A DNA stretch of 64,000 nt from Chloroflexota bacterium (GCA_027623195.1 JAQBUT010000021.1:1-64000); one strand, 5' to 3'; counted from the first letter of the stretch, positions 21,586 through 31,973 are shown. A program made the numbers and translations. The notes: generated by a model not told the origin, from the letters alone.

Positions 21586-21666
21586 CCCTCATCCCGGCCT
21601 TCTCCCGTCAAGGGAGAAGGGGCGAATTTCCTCTCCCTCGATGGGAGAGGACTATGGTGATGGTGA
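21586..21666. repeat. Inverted doublet of REP-like palindromes
   Basis: CCCTCATCCCGGCCTTCTCCCGTCAAGGGAGAAGGGG followed by a degenerate inverted copy CCTCTCCCTCGATGGGAGAGGACTATGGTGATGGTGA. Confidence 0.8.
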
Positions 21667-21733
21667 AAAAGGGTTGAATTCTAAGTCTCACCCAGCCGAT
21701 TCAAATAGCGCAAATCGCAAGGAAACTAACTAG

Positions 21734-23587
21734 ATGGAACTGGCCTGGGTCATTCCGGCTCTGAGCGCGGCGGCATTCTTTGTCGTTGCCTTTTTGGGTA
21801 GATACCTGCCCAAGAAAGGGTCGTTTGTCTCCATTATCGCCATCCTCGCTGGCTTCGTGCTTTTCTGGTTCGTTCTCGCGGACCTCCTGGGCACAGGCGA
21901 GCCCAGGGCATTTGCCTTCAACTGGGTGACTATCGGGGCAACCAACATCACCTGGGGCGTTCATGTCGACAAGCTTTCCGTGGTTATGTTGGGCCTGGTG
22001 ACGTTCGTGGCATTTCTCGTGCAGGTCTACTCGCTGGAGTACATGCGGGACGACCCTCGGTTCGGCTGGTACTTTGCGGTCCACTCGCTATTCGCAGCGG
22101 CCATGTTAGCGCTGGTGTTGGCCGATAACCTGATTTTCCTATACGTGGTGTGGGAGCTGGTTGGTCTTGGTTCCTACCTGTTGATTGGCTTCTGGTGGGA
22201 GCGGAAGTCTGCTGCCGAGGCGGCCAAAAAAGCCTTCATAACAACGCGTATTGGCGACGTCGGCCTGCTGATAGGAATCATCCTCCTTTTTAGGGCCACG
22301 GGGACCTTCGACATCTCAACAATCATCCACATGGCTGAGGCGGGAGAAATAGGGCGGGGAACCATCACGGCCTCGGCGCTTCTCCTGTTCATGGGTGCCA
22401 TGGGCAAGTCGGCGCAGTTTCCGTTTCACGTGTGGCTGCCGGACGCCATGGAAGGCCCGACACCGGTTAGCGCGTTAATACACGCCGCCACCATGGTTGT
22501 GGCCGGGGTGTATCTGACCGCGCGAATGCTGCCCATGTTCGAACTGGTTCCGGCGGTGATGATGACCGTGAGTGTGGTTGGTCTGATTACCTTCATATTC
22601 GCAGGCACCATGGCACTGGTTATGACGGACCTAAAACGGGTCTTGGCCTATTCGACCATTAGCCATCTTGGACTAATGATGCTGTCGCTAGGGTCATTTG
22701 GTCTGGCAGCAGCGATATTTCATTTGGTGGCCCACGGCGTTTCCAAGGCGATGCTCTTCCTGGGCGCGGGTAGCATAATGCACAGCATGCACGACGAGAC
22801 GAACGTGTGGAAGATGGGCGGCCTTCGGCTGAACATGCGCATCACCACTCTGACTTTTGTGATAGGGGCAGCCTCGCTGGCAGGCATCATTCCGTTAAGT
22901 GGCTTTTTCAGCAAGGACGAAATTTTACTGGCCGTTCAGCACCGAGGGGCGGTCTTCCTGGTGCTAACGCTGGTCGGCGTACTACTCAGCGCCCTGTACA
23001 TGGCGAGAGTTGTGTTTATCGTTTTCCCAGGCGCACCTCGCAGCGACGAGGCAGAGCACGCTCACGAGTCCCCGTATTTGATGACATTGCCTCTATTGCT
23101 GCTGGCCTTCTTCTCCGTGACCGTGGGCTTTTTGGCCATCGGCTGGACGGCAGATTACCTGGGCTTCGCGGATTTCTTGGCCGACGAAGGTCCTTTCCAC
23201 CTGGAGATATGGTTGACGGTGGTTTCGCTGGTGTTAGCAGGGGCCGGTGTCGGCTTAGGCTGGTTGGTCTATTACAAGGGGGCGATTTCTCACCAGGCAA
23301 TAGCTCAGAAGCTTCCGACGATACACCGGCTGCTGGTGAACAAGTACTACATGGACGAGATGTACCAGTGGATTATCGACCGCATCGTCCTGGCATTTGG
23401 TCGGCTCGTTGCTCTATTCGACCGGGCTATTGTAAATGACAGGGCCGTTGATGGCTCTGGCCTTGTGACGCGGATGTCCGGCGCAGGCCTGAGGTTGGTT
23501 CAAACAGGAAAGCTGTACAACTACGGCATGGCCATGGGCCTGGGAGTCGTCGCGCTGGCCCTCGTCTGGTGGCTGGTTTTGGCATAA
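21734..23587 (+). CDS. nuoL: NADH-quinone oxidoreductase subunit L
   Basis: WELVGLGSYLLIGFW, GKSAQFP..WLPDAMEGPTPVSALIHAATMV, GFFSKDEIL. Confidence 0.97.
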   Translation: MELAWVIPALSAAAFFVVAFLGRYLPKKGSFVSIIAILAGFVLFWFVLADLLGTGEPRAFAFNWVTIGATNITWGVHVDKLSVVMLGLVTFVAFLVQVYSLEYMRDDPRFGWYFAVHSLFAAAMLALVLADNLIFLYVVWELVGLGSYLLIGFWWERKSAAEAAKKAFITTRIGDVGLLIGIILLFRATGTFDISTIIHMAEAGEIGRGTITASALLLFMGAMGKSAQFPFHVWLPDAMEGPTPVSALIHAATMVVAGVYLTARMLPMFELVPAVMMTVSVVGLITFIFAGTMALVMTDLKRVLAYSTISHLGLMMLSLGSFGLAAAIFHLVAHGVSKAMLFLGAGSIMHSMHDETNVWKMGGLRLNMRITTLTFVIGAASLAGIIPLSGFFSKDEILLAVQHRGAVFLVLTLVGVLLSALYMARVVFIVFPGAPRSDEAEHAHESPYLMTLPLLLLAFFSVTVGFLAIGWTADYLGFADFLADEGPFHLEIWLTVVSLVLAGAGVGLGWLVYYKGAISHQAIAQKLPTIHRLLVNKYYMDEMYQWIIDRIVLAFGRLVALFDRAIVNDRAVDGSGLVTRMSGAGLRLVQTGKLYNYGMAMGLGVVALALVWWLVLA

Positions 23588-25111
23588 ATGCAATTATTCG
23601 ATAGTTACGTCTTATTCATAATCATATTGCTGCCCGTGGTCGGGGCGGCGCTCTTCATGGCGATGCCCAGCGAATGGGAGGGGCGGATCCGTTGGGTGGC
23701 GTCGGCATTTGGCCTCGTAGCGATGCTTCTCACTTTTTACGTGTTCTTGTCCTATTACCTCGATCCAGGCGGTTATCAGTTTGAGCGGACCTGGAACTGG
23801 TTGGAGATACCAGGCCCTTGGGCATTTGGCGACCTGGGCATTTCTCTGACACTGGGCGTCGACGGTATCGCGGCTCCTATGATCTTGCTGACTGGCGTGG
23901 TGATGTTCACAGGCGTTCTGGTCTCCTGGAACATCAAGTCCTGGAATAAGGACTTCTTCATCCTGTACTTCCTGCTGTTGGCGGGAGTATTCGGCGTGTT
24001 CGCCTCCATGGACCTGTTCTTCTTTTTCTTCTTCTACGAGCTCTCGGTGCTGCCCATGTACCTGCTGATTGGCGTATGGGGTAGCAGCAGCGACTTCGGC
24101 ACGTTCAAGCGGCCCAAAGAGTACGGGGCCATGAAGCTGATGTTGTTCCTGGTCGCCGGCAGCGTGCTTATTTGGGTTGGTATAATGGCCGTCTTCGTCG
24201 AGGCAGGTCTCGGAACCTTCGACATACGGGCGTTGGCAGGAGTGGATTACTCTCGCAACTTCCAGATTATTTTCTTTCCGTTTTTGGCCCTGGGCTTTGG
24301 AATACTGGCCGGTCTTTGGCCGTTCCACACCTGGTCTCCGGACGGTCACGTGGCCGCGCCCACCGCCGTCAGTATGGTGCACGCCGGTGTGTTGATGAAA
24401 CTGGGTGCCTTCGGCATCATTCGCATCGCAATGTTCATCCTGCCGGAAGGCGCCCAGTTCTGGATGCCGGTGCTTATAGGCCTGGGAACTGTGAACGTTA
24501 TATATGGCGCAATCTCCGCAATGGGCCAGAGCGACCTTAAGTATGTCATCGGTTACTCAAGCGTTAGTCACATGGGCTACGTAATCATGGGGATCGCGAC
24601 GCTGAACCCCTTGGGTATGGGCGGCGCGGTGCTTCAGATGTTCTCGCACGGAATTATGACGGCCCTATTTTTCACGGTGGTTGGCGTCATATACAGTAGG
24701 ACTCACACCAGAGACATCATGGTGTTGGATGGCCTGGCGAAACGAATGGGGGTGACGGCAGTGTTCTTCGCCATTGCCGGGCTGGCATCCCTTGGTCTGC
24801 CAGGACTGAGCGGTTTCGTGGCGGAACTCCTGGTGTTCCTTGGCCTATTCCAGACGTATCCAATCTTGGGCGTTCTGGGCGTTATAGGGGCGGCCATTAC
24901 TGCCATATACATACTGCGGCTAATGGCCAAGGTTTTCTTTGGGCCCATATCTGAGCGCTGGGAGGACCAGACGGACATGGGCAAGCTAGATGTGGCTTCT
25001 GCTGCGATATTGGCAGGCTTCGTGCTGCTCGTTGGTCTGTTCCCCTTCCCATTTATGAAAGTGATAAATACTGGCGTGTCCGAACTCCTGACTAGATTTA
25101 CGAATATTTGA
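23588..25111 (+). CDS. nuoM: NADH-quinone oxidoreductase subunit M
   Basis: GVDGI, PMYLLIGVWG, PFHTWSPDGHVAAPT, YSSVSHMG, GLPGLSGFVAE. Confidence 0.97.
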   Translation: MQLFDSYVLFIIILLPVVGAALFMAMPSEWEGRIRWVASAFGLVAMLLTFYVFLSYYLDPGGYQFERTWNWLEIPGPWAFGDLGISLTLGVDGIAAPMILLTGVVMFTGVLVSWNIKSWNKDFFILYFLLLAGVFGVFASMDLFFFFFFYELSVLPMYLLIGVWGSSSDFGTFKRPKEYGAMKLMLFLVAGSVLIWVGIMAVFVEAGLGTFDIRALAGVDYSRNFQIIFFPFLALGFGILAGLWPFHTWSPDGHVAAPTAVSMVHAGVLMKLGAFGIIRIAMFILPEGAQFWMPVLIGLGTVNVIYGAISAMGQSDLKYVIGYSSVSHMGYVIMGIATLNPLGMGGAVLQMFSHGIMTALFFTVVGVIYSRTHTRDIMVLDGLAKRMGVTAVFFAIAGLASLGLPGLSGFVAELLVFLGLFQTYPILGVLGVIGAAITAIYILRLMAKVFFGPISERWEDQTDMGKLDVASAAILAGFVLLVGLFPFPFMKVINTGVSELLTRFTNI

Positions 25112-26625
25112 TGAGCAATAACTTCTTACTGCTGTTGCCTGAGTTCCTCGTCACGGGGTTAGCCTTCCTGGTGCTGACGCTGGACTTCTTTACCCGTCGT
25201 GAGCGGAAGACCCTTTTGCCCTTTGTGGCGCTGGTGGGTCTCGGGGCTGTCCTTGCGTTCTCCTTGTATTACCTGTGGGGCATGGACGAGGTGCTGTATG
25301 GCGGCCTGCTGCACATAGATGGCTACGCTCTTTTCTTCAAGGGCTTCTTCCTGGTTCTTGGCGGCTTCGTCGTTTTGACGTCCTACGACTACGTGAGGCG
25401 CAACCTGGAGTACCCCGGCGAATACTACGGCATTGTGCTGTTCACCGTGGTTGCGATGATGCTCATGGCGGCCTCGGGCGAGCTGCTCACGGCTTACATC
25501 TCGCTGGAGTTGCTGAGCTTTGGGCTTTACGTACTTGTGGCCTACGACCGGTACAACGCAAAGTCCAATGAGGGCGGCGTAAAGTACATTCTTTTGGGGG
25601 CCTTCTCATCCGCACTGCTCCTTTACGGAATCAGCCAGATGTACGGTCTGTTGGGGACTACACGGTTCGATGAAATTGGCGCCGCGTTAGCCAGCGCTGG
25701 AGACATGAGCCCGGGTCTGATGTTAGGCATAGTGCTGATAATTGCAGGCCTTGGCTTTAAGATAGCCGCTGTGCCATTCCATATGTGGGCGCCGGATGTT
25801 TACGAGGGCGCGCCGATTCCGGTGACGGCATACCTTGCTGTGGGCTCCAAAGCGGCGGCATTTGCGCTGATTCTGAGGCTATTCACGGAAGCCTTCCTGC
25901 CGGCAGTAAGCGACTGGCAGATGCTACTGGTTATCATGGCGGTGACCACCATGTTCCTGGGCAATTTGGTAGCGCTGGTGCAGACGAACATGAAGCGACT
26001 GCTGGCGTATTCCAGTATTGGGCAGGTTGGATATCTTGTGATGGGGGTGGCTTCCATAGCCGTCGTTGAGAGCGACGCCGGTAATTCGATGGAGCTGTCG
26101 CACCTGGTAACCAACGGCATTATGCTGCATCTGGTTGCATATGCGGTTACGAACATGGCAGCTTTCCTGTGCTTGGCCGCCATATACAACGTAACGGGGC
26201 GCGACGACATTGCGGGCATGGCAGGCGTTGCGCGAAGGGCCCCGCTGCTGGGTCTGGCGATGGCAGTTTCGTTGTTCTCGTTGGCTGGGCTGCCCATATT
26301 TGCCGGGTTTACCAGCAAGTTCTACCTGTTCAACGCCGTGGCCGCCAGTGGCATGCTCTGGCTTGCCGGGCTGGCCATCGTCGCCAGTCTGATATCGCTC
26401 TACTACTACCTGACGATTGTGAGGCAGTTGTACATCGAAACTGCCGAGGACCCAACCCCTATCTTCGTACCCAAGCTGACCTCGGCAGTACTGGTCATAC
26501 TGCTGGTGGGCATAGTCTTCTTAGGCGTCTACCCCGCGCCGCTGATGGAGGCCATCCAGCACGCTAGCGACGTCCTGATTTCCGTTGAATCGGTGACAAA
26601 CACTGCCGCCGCGCTAATTCCCTAG
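25108..26625 (+). CDS. nuoN: NADH-quinone oxidoreductase subunit N
   Basis: FKIAAVPFHMWAPDVYEGAP, KRLLAYSSI, SLAGLP..AGF.SKF. Confidence 0.97.
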   Translation: MMSNNFLLLLPEFLVTGLAFLVLTLDFFTRRERKTLLPFVALVGLGAVLAFSLYYLWGMDEVLYGGLLHIDGYALFFKGFFLVLGGFVVLTSYDYVRRNLEYPGEYYGIVLFTVVAMMLMAASGELLTAYISLELLSFGLYVLVAYDRYNAKSNEGGVKYILLGAFSSALLLYGISQMYGLLGTTRFDEIGAALASAGDMSPGLMLGIVLIIAGLGFKIAAVPFHMWAPDVYEGAPIPVTAYLAVGSKAAAFALILRLFTEAFLPAVSDWQMLLVIMAVTTMFLGNLVALVQTNMKRLLAYSSIGQVGYLVMGVASIAVVESDAGNSMELSHLVTNGIMLHLVAYAVTNMAAFLCLAAIYNVTGRDDIAGMAGVARRAPLLGLAMAVSLFSLAGLPIFAGFTSKFYLFNAVAASGMLWLAGLAIVASLISLYYYLTIVRQLYIETAEDPTPIFVPKLTSAVLVILLVGIVFLGVYPAPLMEAIQHASDVLISVESVTNTAAALIP

Positions 26626-26632
26626 CTGAGAC

Positions 26633-27949
26633 TTACAGGATCACCCCTTCGTCCTGAAGGCTGGCGATGTCGTCCCAAGTGTAGCCCAACAGGTCTATGA
26701 GGACGTTCTCTGTGTCCTCGCCGTGCTGAGGTGCGGACTTGCGCGTTGAAAGCGGCGTGTCGCTATAGCCCACAGGCGTCTGAAGGTATTTCACCTTGCC
26801 CAGTACATCATGCTCGAAGTCGACGATATAGTTGTTCTGGATAACCTGTGGGTCGTCCGGCAGGTCCCAGACATCCTGCACAGGGGCCCAGATGATGCCG
26901 CCGGTGTTGTCCATGGCCTTTTCCCAGTACGCCCTGTCCCTGGTCAAGAAGATTTCGTCAAGAAGCCTTATAAGCTCCTCCCGGTTATCGGCCCGGGCGT
27001 TCATATCGTTGTACCTCTCGTCCTCCAGGAAATCGGGCCTTTCAAGGGCCTTACAGAAATCCGGCCAGTAGCGGTCGCTCTGGTTCATCGAGAAGGCAAT
27101 CCAGAGGTCGTCCTTGCACTTATAGGCGTTCCACAGCACGTTACGGGCTTCGCTTCTGTCCTGCCGTTGTGGGGTGTTGCCGCTTAGCAACGCTATGCCG
27201 TTGCGGTTGCCCCCCAACCACATAAGGCTGCCCAAATGTGATACGTCAACCTTCTGGCCGAATCCCAACTTGTCACGGGATATAAGGCCTCCCAGCACTC
27301 CATAGGAAAGCATGATGCCCGCAATCTGGTCCGCCACGCTCTGCAGGTTGTACGGCCTTCCGTCGTTGGGGCCAGCCCACCACAAGGAGCCGGACCTTGC
27401 CTCTCCAGTGTACGCGAAGGCCGGCTTTCCAGAGTCCGGACCATTGGGGCCGTAACCGGTGGCGGAGCCGTACACCAGCATCGGGTTTTGCTTGTGCAGG
27501 TCCTCGTAACCAACGTTCAACCGCTCGGCCACTCCCTGCCGGAAATTCTGGACAAATGCATCGGACTTCTTTGCTAGCTTGTAAAGGATCTCAGTCCCCT
27601 TGGGGTTCTTGAGGTCCAGGGCGACGCTCATCTTCTGTCGGTTCAGGGACTCGAAATAAGCGTTGAGACCGCCGGGAAGCACAGTGGCGGCTCCACTGAC
27701 CCTATGGAACTGCCTGGCATGATCGCCGTCCAGAGACTCGATCTTGATGACCTCCGCGCCCATGTCGGCAAGCATCATGCTGGCGACGGGCCCAAATTGC
27801 CACATGGTCCAGTCGAGGACTCGAAGGCCGTCCAGAGGGCCCTTGCTTTCCTGCGGCGCCTGGCCGTTACTTTCAGCGAGCCTTCTGCCGCAGCCGTCGC
27901 AGAATTTGGCGTCGGCCCTGTTATCTCGGTCGCAGTTTGCGCACATCAT
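26633..27949 (-). CDS. CaiB/BaiF family III CoA-transferase with N-terminal zinc ribbon
   Basis: GPLDGLRVLD, LADMGAEVIKIE, NRQKMSVALDLK, NFRQG; N-terminal CANC..N...AKFCDGCG. Confidence 0.9.
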   Translation of the reverse strand: MMCANCDRDNRADAKFCDGCGRRLAESNGQAPQESKGPLDGLRVLDWTMWQFGPVASMMLADMGAEVIKIESLDGDHARQFHRVSGAATVLPGGLNAYFESLNRQKMSVALDLKNPKGTEILYKLAKKSDAFVQNFRQGVAERLNVGYEDLHKQNPMLVYGSATGYGPNGPDSGKPAFAYTGEARSGSLWWAGPNDGRPYNLQSVADQIAGIMLSYGVLGGLISRDKLGFGQKVDVSHLGSLMWLGGNRNGIALLSGNTPQRQDRSEARNVLWNAYKCKDDLWIAFSMNQSDRYWPDFCKALERPDFLEDERYNDMNARADNREELIRLLDEIFLTRDRAYWEKAMDNTGGIIWAPVQDVWDLPDDPQVIQNNYIVDFEHDVLGKVKYLQTPVGYSDTPLSTRKSAPQHGEDTENVLIDLLGYTWDDIASLQDEGVIL

Positions 27950-28091
27950 GAAGATTTGTCTCCTGAATCCTACTTTGCTGCCTGCACGCGGCAAGTTTAC
28001 CAACGCCTGTATGGTCGGTCAATCGCAGACGCGACAAATCCAGTTGACGGCCTATTTTTACGCATCTATAATCGACTTCGATCTTAGGAGT

Positions 28092-28811
28092 ATGGTATTG
28101 AAAAACAAAGTATTCAAGACATTTGATGAAGCAGTAGCAGATATTCCCGACGGCTCGACCGTAATGTTTCCAGGGTTCGCCGGGGTGGGCCATCCTAGAA
28201 ACCTGATGGCCGCGCTGCTGAGTCAGGGCGCAAAAGACCTTACGGGCGTTTCTAACGGCTCAGGAGGTAGGGACGACCAGATGGACGTTGCTACCTTAAT
28301 TAATGCCCACCAGTTCAAGAAGATGATCATGGCCTTCACGGCGTCACCACATCCATCCAACGTTACCGTATTCGATGAGATGTACCAGGCGGGTCAGATT
28401 GAGGCAGAGCTTGTTCCTCAGGGCACGTTGGCGGAGCGAATTCGTGCTGCAGGCTCGGGCATAGGCGCATTTTATACCAGGGCAGGTGTGGGCACCGAAC
28501 TGGCAGAAGGCAGGGAGAGCCGTGTCATCGACGGTAAAGAGTACCTGCTGGAGTATCCTCTTCATGCAGATTACGCCTTCATTAGGGCGTTACGGGCCGA
28601 CGAATTCGGTAATCTCCAGTTCAAGCTATCGCAGAGGAATTTCAATCCCATCATGGGAATGGCTGCCAAGACGACCATTGTCGAGGTGGAGGAAGATATC
28701 CTCAAGCCTGGTGAAATCGACCCGGACCACGTGCATCTCTCCGGCATATTCGTCGACCGCGTCGTGAAGATCCCCGAGGACGGCATATGGGACAAGATCA
28801 ACCGCCGTTAG
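28092..28811 (+). CDS. 3-oxoacid CoA-transferase subunit A
   Basis: PQGTLAERIRAAGSG, RNFNPIM, DPDHVHLSGIFVDRVV; AGGAG RBS before ATG 28092. Confidence 0.92.
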   Translation: MVLKNKVFKTFDEAVADIPDGSTVMFPGFAGVGHPRNLMAALLSQGAKDLTGVSNGSGGRDDQMDVATLINAHQFKKMIMAFTASPHPSNVTVFDEMYQAGQIEAELVPQGTLAERIRAAGSGIGAFYTRAGVGTELAEGRESRVIDGKEYLLEYPLHADYAFIRALRADEFGNLQFKLSQRNFNPIMGMAAKTTIVEVEEDILKPGEIDPDHVHLSGIFVDRVVKIPEDGIWDKINRR

Positions 28812-28898
28812 CGCGACGATCTCTAGGCGGGCAACAGAGATACCAGGCAAGGTACGTGACCCAAGTGCGAATCAATCAAGAATCGGGGAACTAAACTG

Positions 28899-29555
28899 GT
28901 GGAACAGAAACCTTTAACACGACATCAGATGGCCGCTCGTCTTGCCAATGAGTTTGAGGACGGCTGGCTCGTAAACCTGGGTATTGGCATACCTACGCTG
29001 ATTTCCAACTACGCTAAGGACGTCATATTCCATTCTGAGAATGGTGTAATAGGCTACGGCGGCCTGCTGCCGGAGGGTGAGGAGAACATCTACCTCGTTA
29101 ACGCCGGTGGCCAGTACGTGGACATCAATCCGGGGGCGTCCATAGTGCACCACGCAGACGCTTTCGCCATTATTCGGGCGGGTTACATAGACGTTTCGAT
29201 AATGGGAAGCTACGAGGTCTCGGAGACAGGTGACTTTGCTAACTGGCGCACTGGCGGTCGCAAGGGCGGCGGCATTGGGGGCGCAATGGACCTGGCAATG
29301 GGAGCACAACGTGTTTTCATCGCCATGGAGCACACCACCCGAGATGGGAAGCCGCGCCTCCTCAAACAACTCAATCTACCGGCCACGGCGCTGGGGGTAG
29401 TAAAGACCCTTATGACGAACCTTGGCCTCTTCGATATTAGCTCAGAGGGCTTCGTGATGCGAGAGATTGCGCCAGGCTATACGCCTGAGCAGGTTCAGGA
29501 GTTGAGTGAGGCCCACCTTACGATCTCACCGCACCTTAAAGATGTGGATGTTTAG
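28899..29555 (+). CDS. 3-oxoacid CoA-transferase subunit B
   Basis: VNLGIGIPT, SENG, GIGGAMDL. Confidence 0.93.
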   Translation: MEQKPLTRHQMAARLANEFEDGWLVNLGIGIPTLISNYAKDVIFHSENGVIGYGGLLPEGEENIYLVNAGGQYVDINPGASIVHHADAFAIIRAGYIDVSIMGSYEVSETGDFANWRTGGRKGGGIGGAMDLAMGAQRVFIAMEHTTRDGKPRLLKQLNLPATALGVVKTLMTNLGLFDISSEGFVMREIAPGYTPEQVQELSEAHLTISPHLKDVDV

Positions 29556-29614
29556 CATCCTTCCTCTGGCTTCGAAATACTGGAATTAAGAAGGGAAACA
29601 CCGGGAGGCGTTGA

Positions 29615-30457
29615 TTGACTACTGCGCCATACAAGTCGGGCGTGATAGAGGTTGCCGACAACGCCTACGCAATCATCAAGGAGAATTGCGCCACCAACTC
29701 TGGATTCATTGTAGGCGAAGAGGGCGTGATTCTGATTGATACTCTGATGACGCCGACGCTGGCGGGTAATTTGCTAACTACAGTTCGCAATGTAACCTCC
29801 AAGCCCATACGATACGTTATCAACACACACTTTCACGGCGACCACGTTTACGGCAACCAGTACTTCCTTCCCGCTCCCATCGTGGCTCACGAAAATTGCC
29901 GCACCGCTTTTGTGGACGACTGGGACGGCAACATGAACCGGTATTACGCCCGTGAGGCCCTTAGGCCTGAGCTAGACCAGATTCGCATGACGCGTCCGGA
30001 CGTTACGTTCAACGATGAGATGTCGCTCTGGCTGGGCGATAGGGAGATCAGACTTTCGTTCCATGGGCGTGCCCACACAGGCAGCGATATTCTCATTTAC
30101 CTTCCCGAAGAGAAGGTCCTCTTTGTTGGTGACCTGGCAGTTAACAAGACTCTTCCTGCCTTCCCGGATGGTCATATCACCAAGTGGCTTTCCGTAATGG
30201 ATGACGTTTCCAAAGTGGATGCAGAGACGATTGTGCCCGGCCACGGTCCCGTAGGGGGCAGGACAGAGTACAACGAGTCTGTCGAATTGCTCGGTCTCCT
30301 TAATTCCGAGATTCGCAGGGGATACGACGCTGGCCTCTCCGAAGAGGATGCGGCCAAGCAGGTGGACATAAGCAAATTCGCGGATTTCGCTAATCATGAC
30401 CGCGTTGGCCTGATAACCCGAATGGCGTACCGAGCCTACAGCGGGGACCTTCAGTAG
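29615..30457 (+). CDS. MBL-fold metallo-hydrolase
   Basis: THFHGDH, AHT, GDL and PGHG motifs. Confidence 0.92.
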   Translation: MTTAPYKSGVIEVADNAYAIIKENCATNSGFIVGEEGVILIDTLMTPTLAGNLLTTVRNVTSKPIRYVINTHFHGDHVYGNQYFLPAPIVAHENCRTAFVDDWDGNMNRYYAREALRPELDQIRMTRPDVTFNDEMSLWLGDREIRLSFHGRAHTGSDILIYLPEEKVLFVGDLAVNKTLPAFPDGHITKWLSVMDDVSKVDAETIVPGHGPVGGRTEYNESVELLGLLNSEIRRGYDAGLSEEDAAKQVDISKFADFANHDRVGLITRMAYRAYSGDLQ

Positions 30458-30553
30458 GCCAGATGAAATTTTCCTATAAGTCTTCTCGGCGTTCGGCGGG
30501 CGAAGGCTAGGAAGAAACGGGCTGTTCAAACCCGTAAACACAGGAGTGGTCAA

Positions 30554-31705
30554 GTGGCATTGCAATTCGGCGTTTTTGATCATATAGAACCCCAGCAGGA
30601 CATGCCGCTACGGCGCTCCTACGAGATGCGTCTGGAACAGATCGAGCGTTTGGACAAGGCTGGCTTTTACGCTTACCACCTGGCGGAGCATCACACGCCG
30701 GCGATTCACAGTCTTGCGCCTTCGCAGAACGTGTTTCTTGCCGCCGTCTCCCAGCGCACCACCAACCTGCGTTTTGGACCGTGTGTCTATGTGCTTCCGC
30801 TGCACCATCCCCTGCGCCTCATTGAAGAAATCAGCATGCTGGACAACCTCAGTGGTGGGCGCATGGAGATCGGCGTCGGTCGCGGTGGCGTCATGGAGGC
30901 CTACTTCTGGGGACAGGAGGCCGACTCGGAGACCAACTTCGCACGTTACACCGAAACGCTAGAGATCATTCGGCAGGGCCTGAGCAATGACATTCTGGAC
31001 TACCAGGGTAAGTTTCACAGCTTCGACGACCTGCCCATGCGGATGCACCCTATGCAGAGGCCGTACCCTCCCATGTGGTACATGCGCAACGCAGAAACTG
31101 CTGCCATTGAGGGCATGAACACGGTCATTGTGGGCAACATCGAGACGCTGACAGTCGAGGTTAAACGCTACCATGAGGTCTGGGCGAGCGAACACGGCGA
31201 AGGCTCGTTGACCATTCAGGGCCAAGAGCCCAAGATAGGCCTGGTAGTTCACATGGTGGTGGCGGAGACCGACGAGGAGGCCATTCGCATCGCCACACCG
31301 TCGTGGGATGCCTACCGCTGGAACCTGGCCGCACCACGTCGTCTGGAAGCGGAGAAGCGGGGCATGGACAACTTCTCGCAGGATGCCAAGGACGGCTCGT
31401 TTGGCTTTTCGGGTCAGCGCCCGGTCGGGCTGCCTGAAAGGGAGTTGCGTCGGGACATTGAGGCCGAGCTTGAGCGATTCGACCAGCAGAAAACCCGCAC
31501 CGATCCAACAAGATTAGGCGGCGTCGCGTTGGCTGGCTCACCGGCTTCAGTGCGGAAGTACATGGAAGAGTATCTGGAGACTGGGGCCAACTACTTCGTC
31601 TGTTCGTTCCAGTGGGGAAGCATCTCCCACGACCACGCCATGCAGTCCATAGAGCTATTCACAAATGAGGTCATGCCGCACTACACTGCCAAGGTGACGG
31701 CGTAG
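30554..31705 (+). CDS. Luciferase-like (LLM) flavin-dependent oxidoreductase
   Basis: AEHH, LPLHHPLRLIEEISMLDNLSGGRMEIGVGRG. Confidence 0.93.
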   Translation: MALQFGVFDHIEPQQDMPLRRSYEMRLEQIERLDKAGFYAYHLAEHHTPAIHSLAPSQNVFLAAVSQRTTNLRFGPCVYVLPLHHPLRLIEEISMLDNLSGGRMEIGVGRGGVMEAYFWGQEADSETNFARYTETLEIIRQGLSNDILDYQGKFHSFDDLPMRMHPMQRPYPPMWYMRNAETAAIEGMNTVIVGNIETLTVEVKRYHEVWASEHGEGSLTIQGQEPKIGLVVHMVVAETDEEAIRIATPSWDAYRWNLAAPRRLEAEKRGMDNFSQDAKDGSFGFSGQRPVGLPERELRRDIEAELERFDQQKTRTDPTRLGGVALAGSPASVRKYMEEYLETGANYFVCSFQWGSISHDHAMQSIELFTNEVMPHYTAKVTA

Positions 31706-31763
31706 CCGGTATCGGAAGCACTAATCCGTCGCGCCGTGTAGACTCGTTAAAATCAACAGCCGA

Positions 31764-31973
31764 CTACACCCGCGCCCCGGTACGTAGCGCGGCTAGCAAC
31801 TGCCTTGATGCCATAGCCACCTCACTCACCGCGTCGTTGAACGGCCCCTCGTTGGCCTTGGAGGGTACCCTGTAGCCGCTTATCTTGCGGACGTACTGTA
31901 AGGCAGCTTCGTGAAGCTCCTCCTCGGTAGCAGGCTCTTCGGGTCGCCTGAGCTTCTTGATACTTCTGCACAT
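31764..31973 (-). CDS. DUF2277 family protein
   Basis: MCRSIKKLR...EAALQYVRKISG..PSKAN. Confidence 0.88.
   Translation of the reverse strand: MCRSIKKLRRPEEPATEEELHEAALQYVRKISGYRVPSKANEGPFNDAVSEVAMASRQLLAALRTGARV

Noticed and set aside
27744..28091. Long N-terminal extensions in the ORF track (also 15724, 5462, 32401, 43761)
   Set aside because: They overlap neighbouring genes or promoters; downstream starts with RBS and family-typical N-termini fit better.
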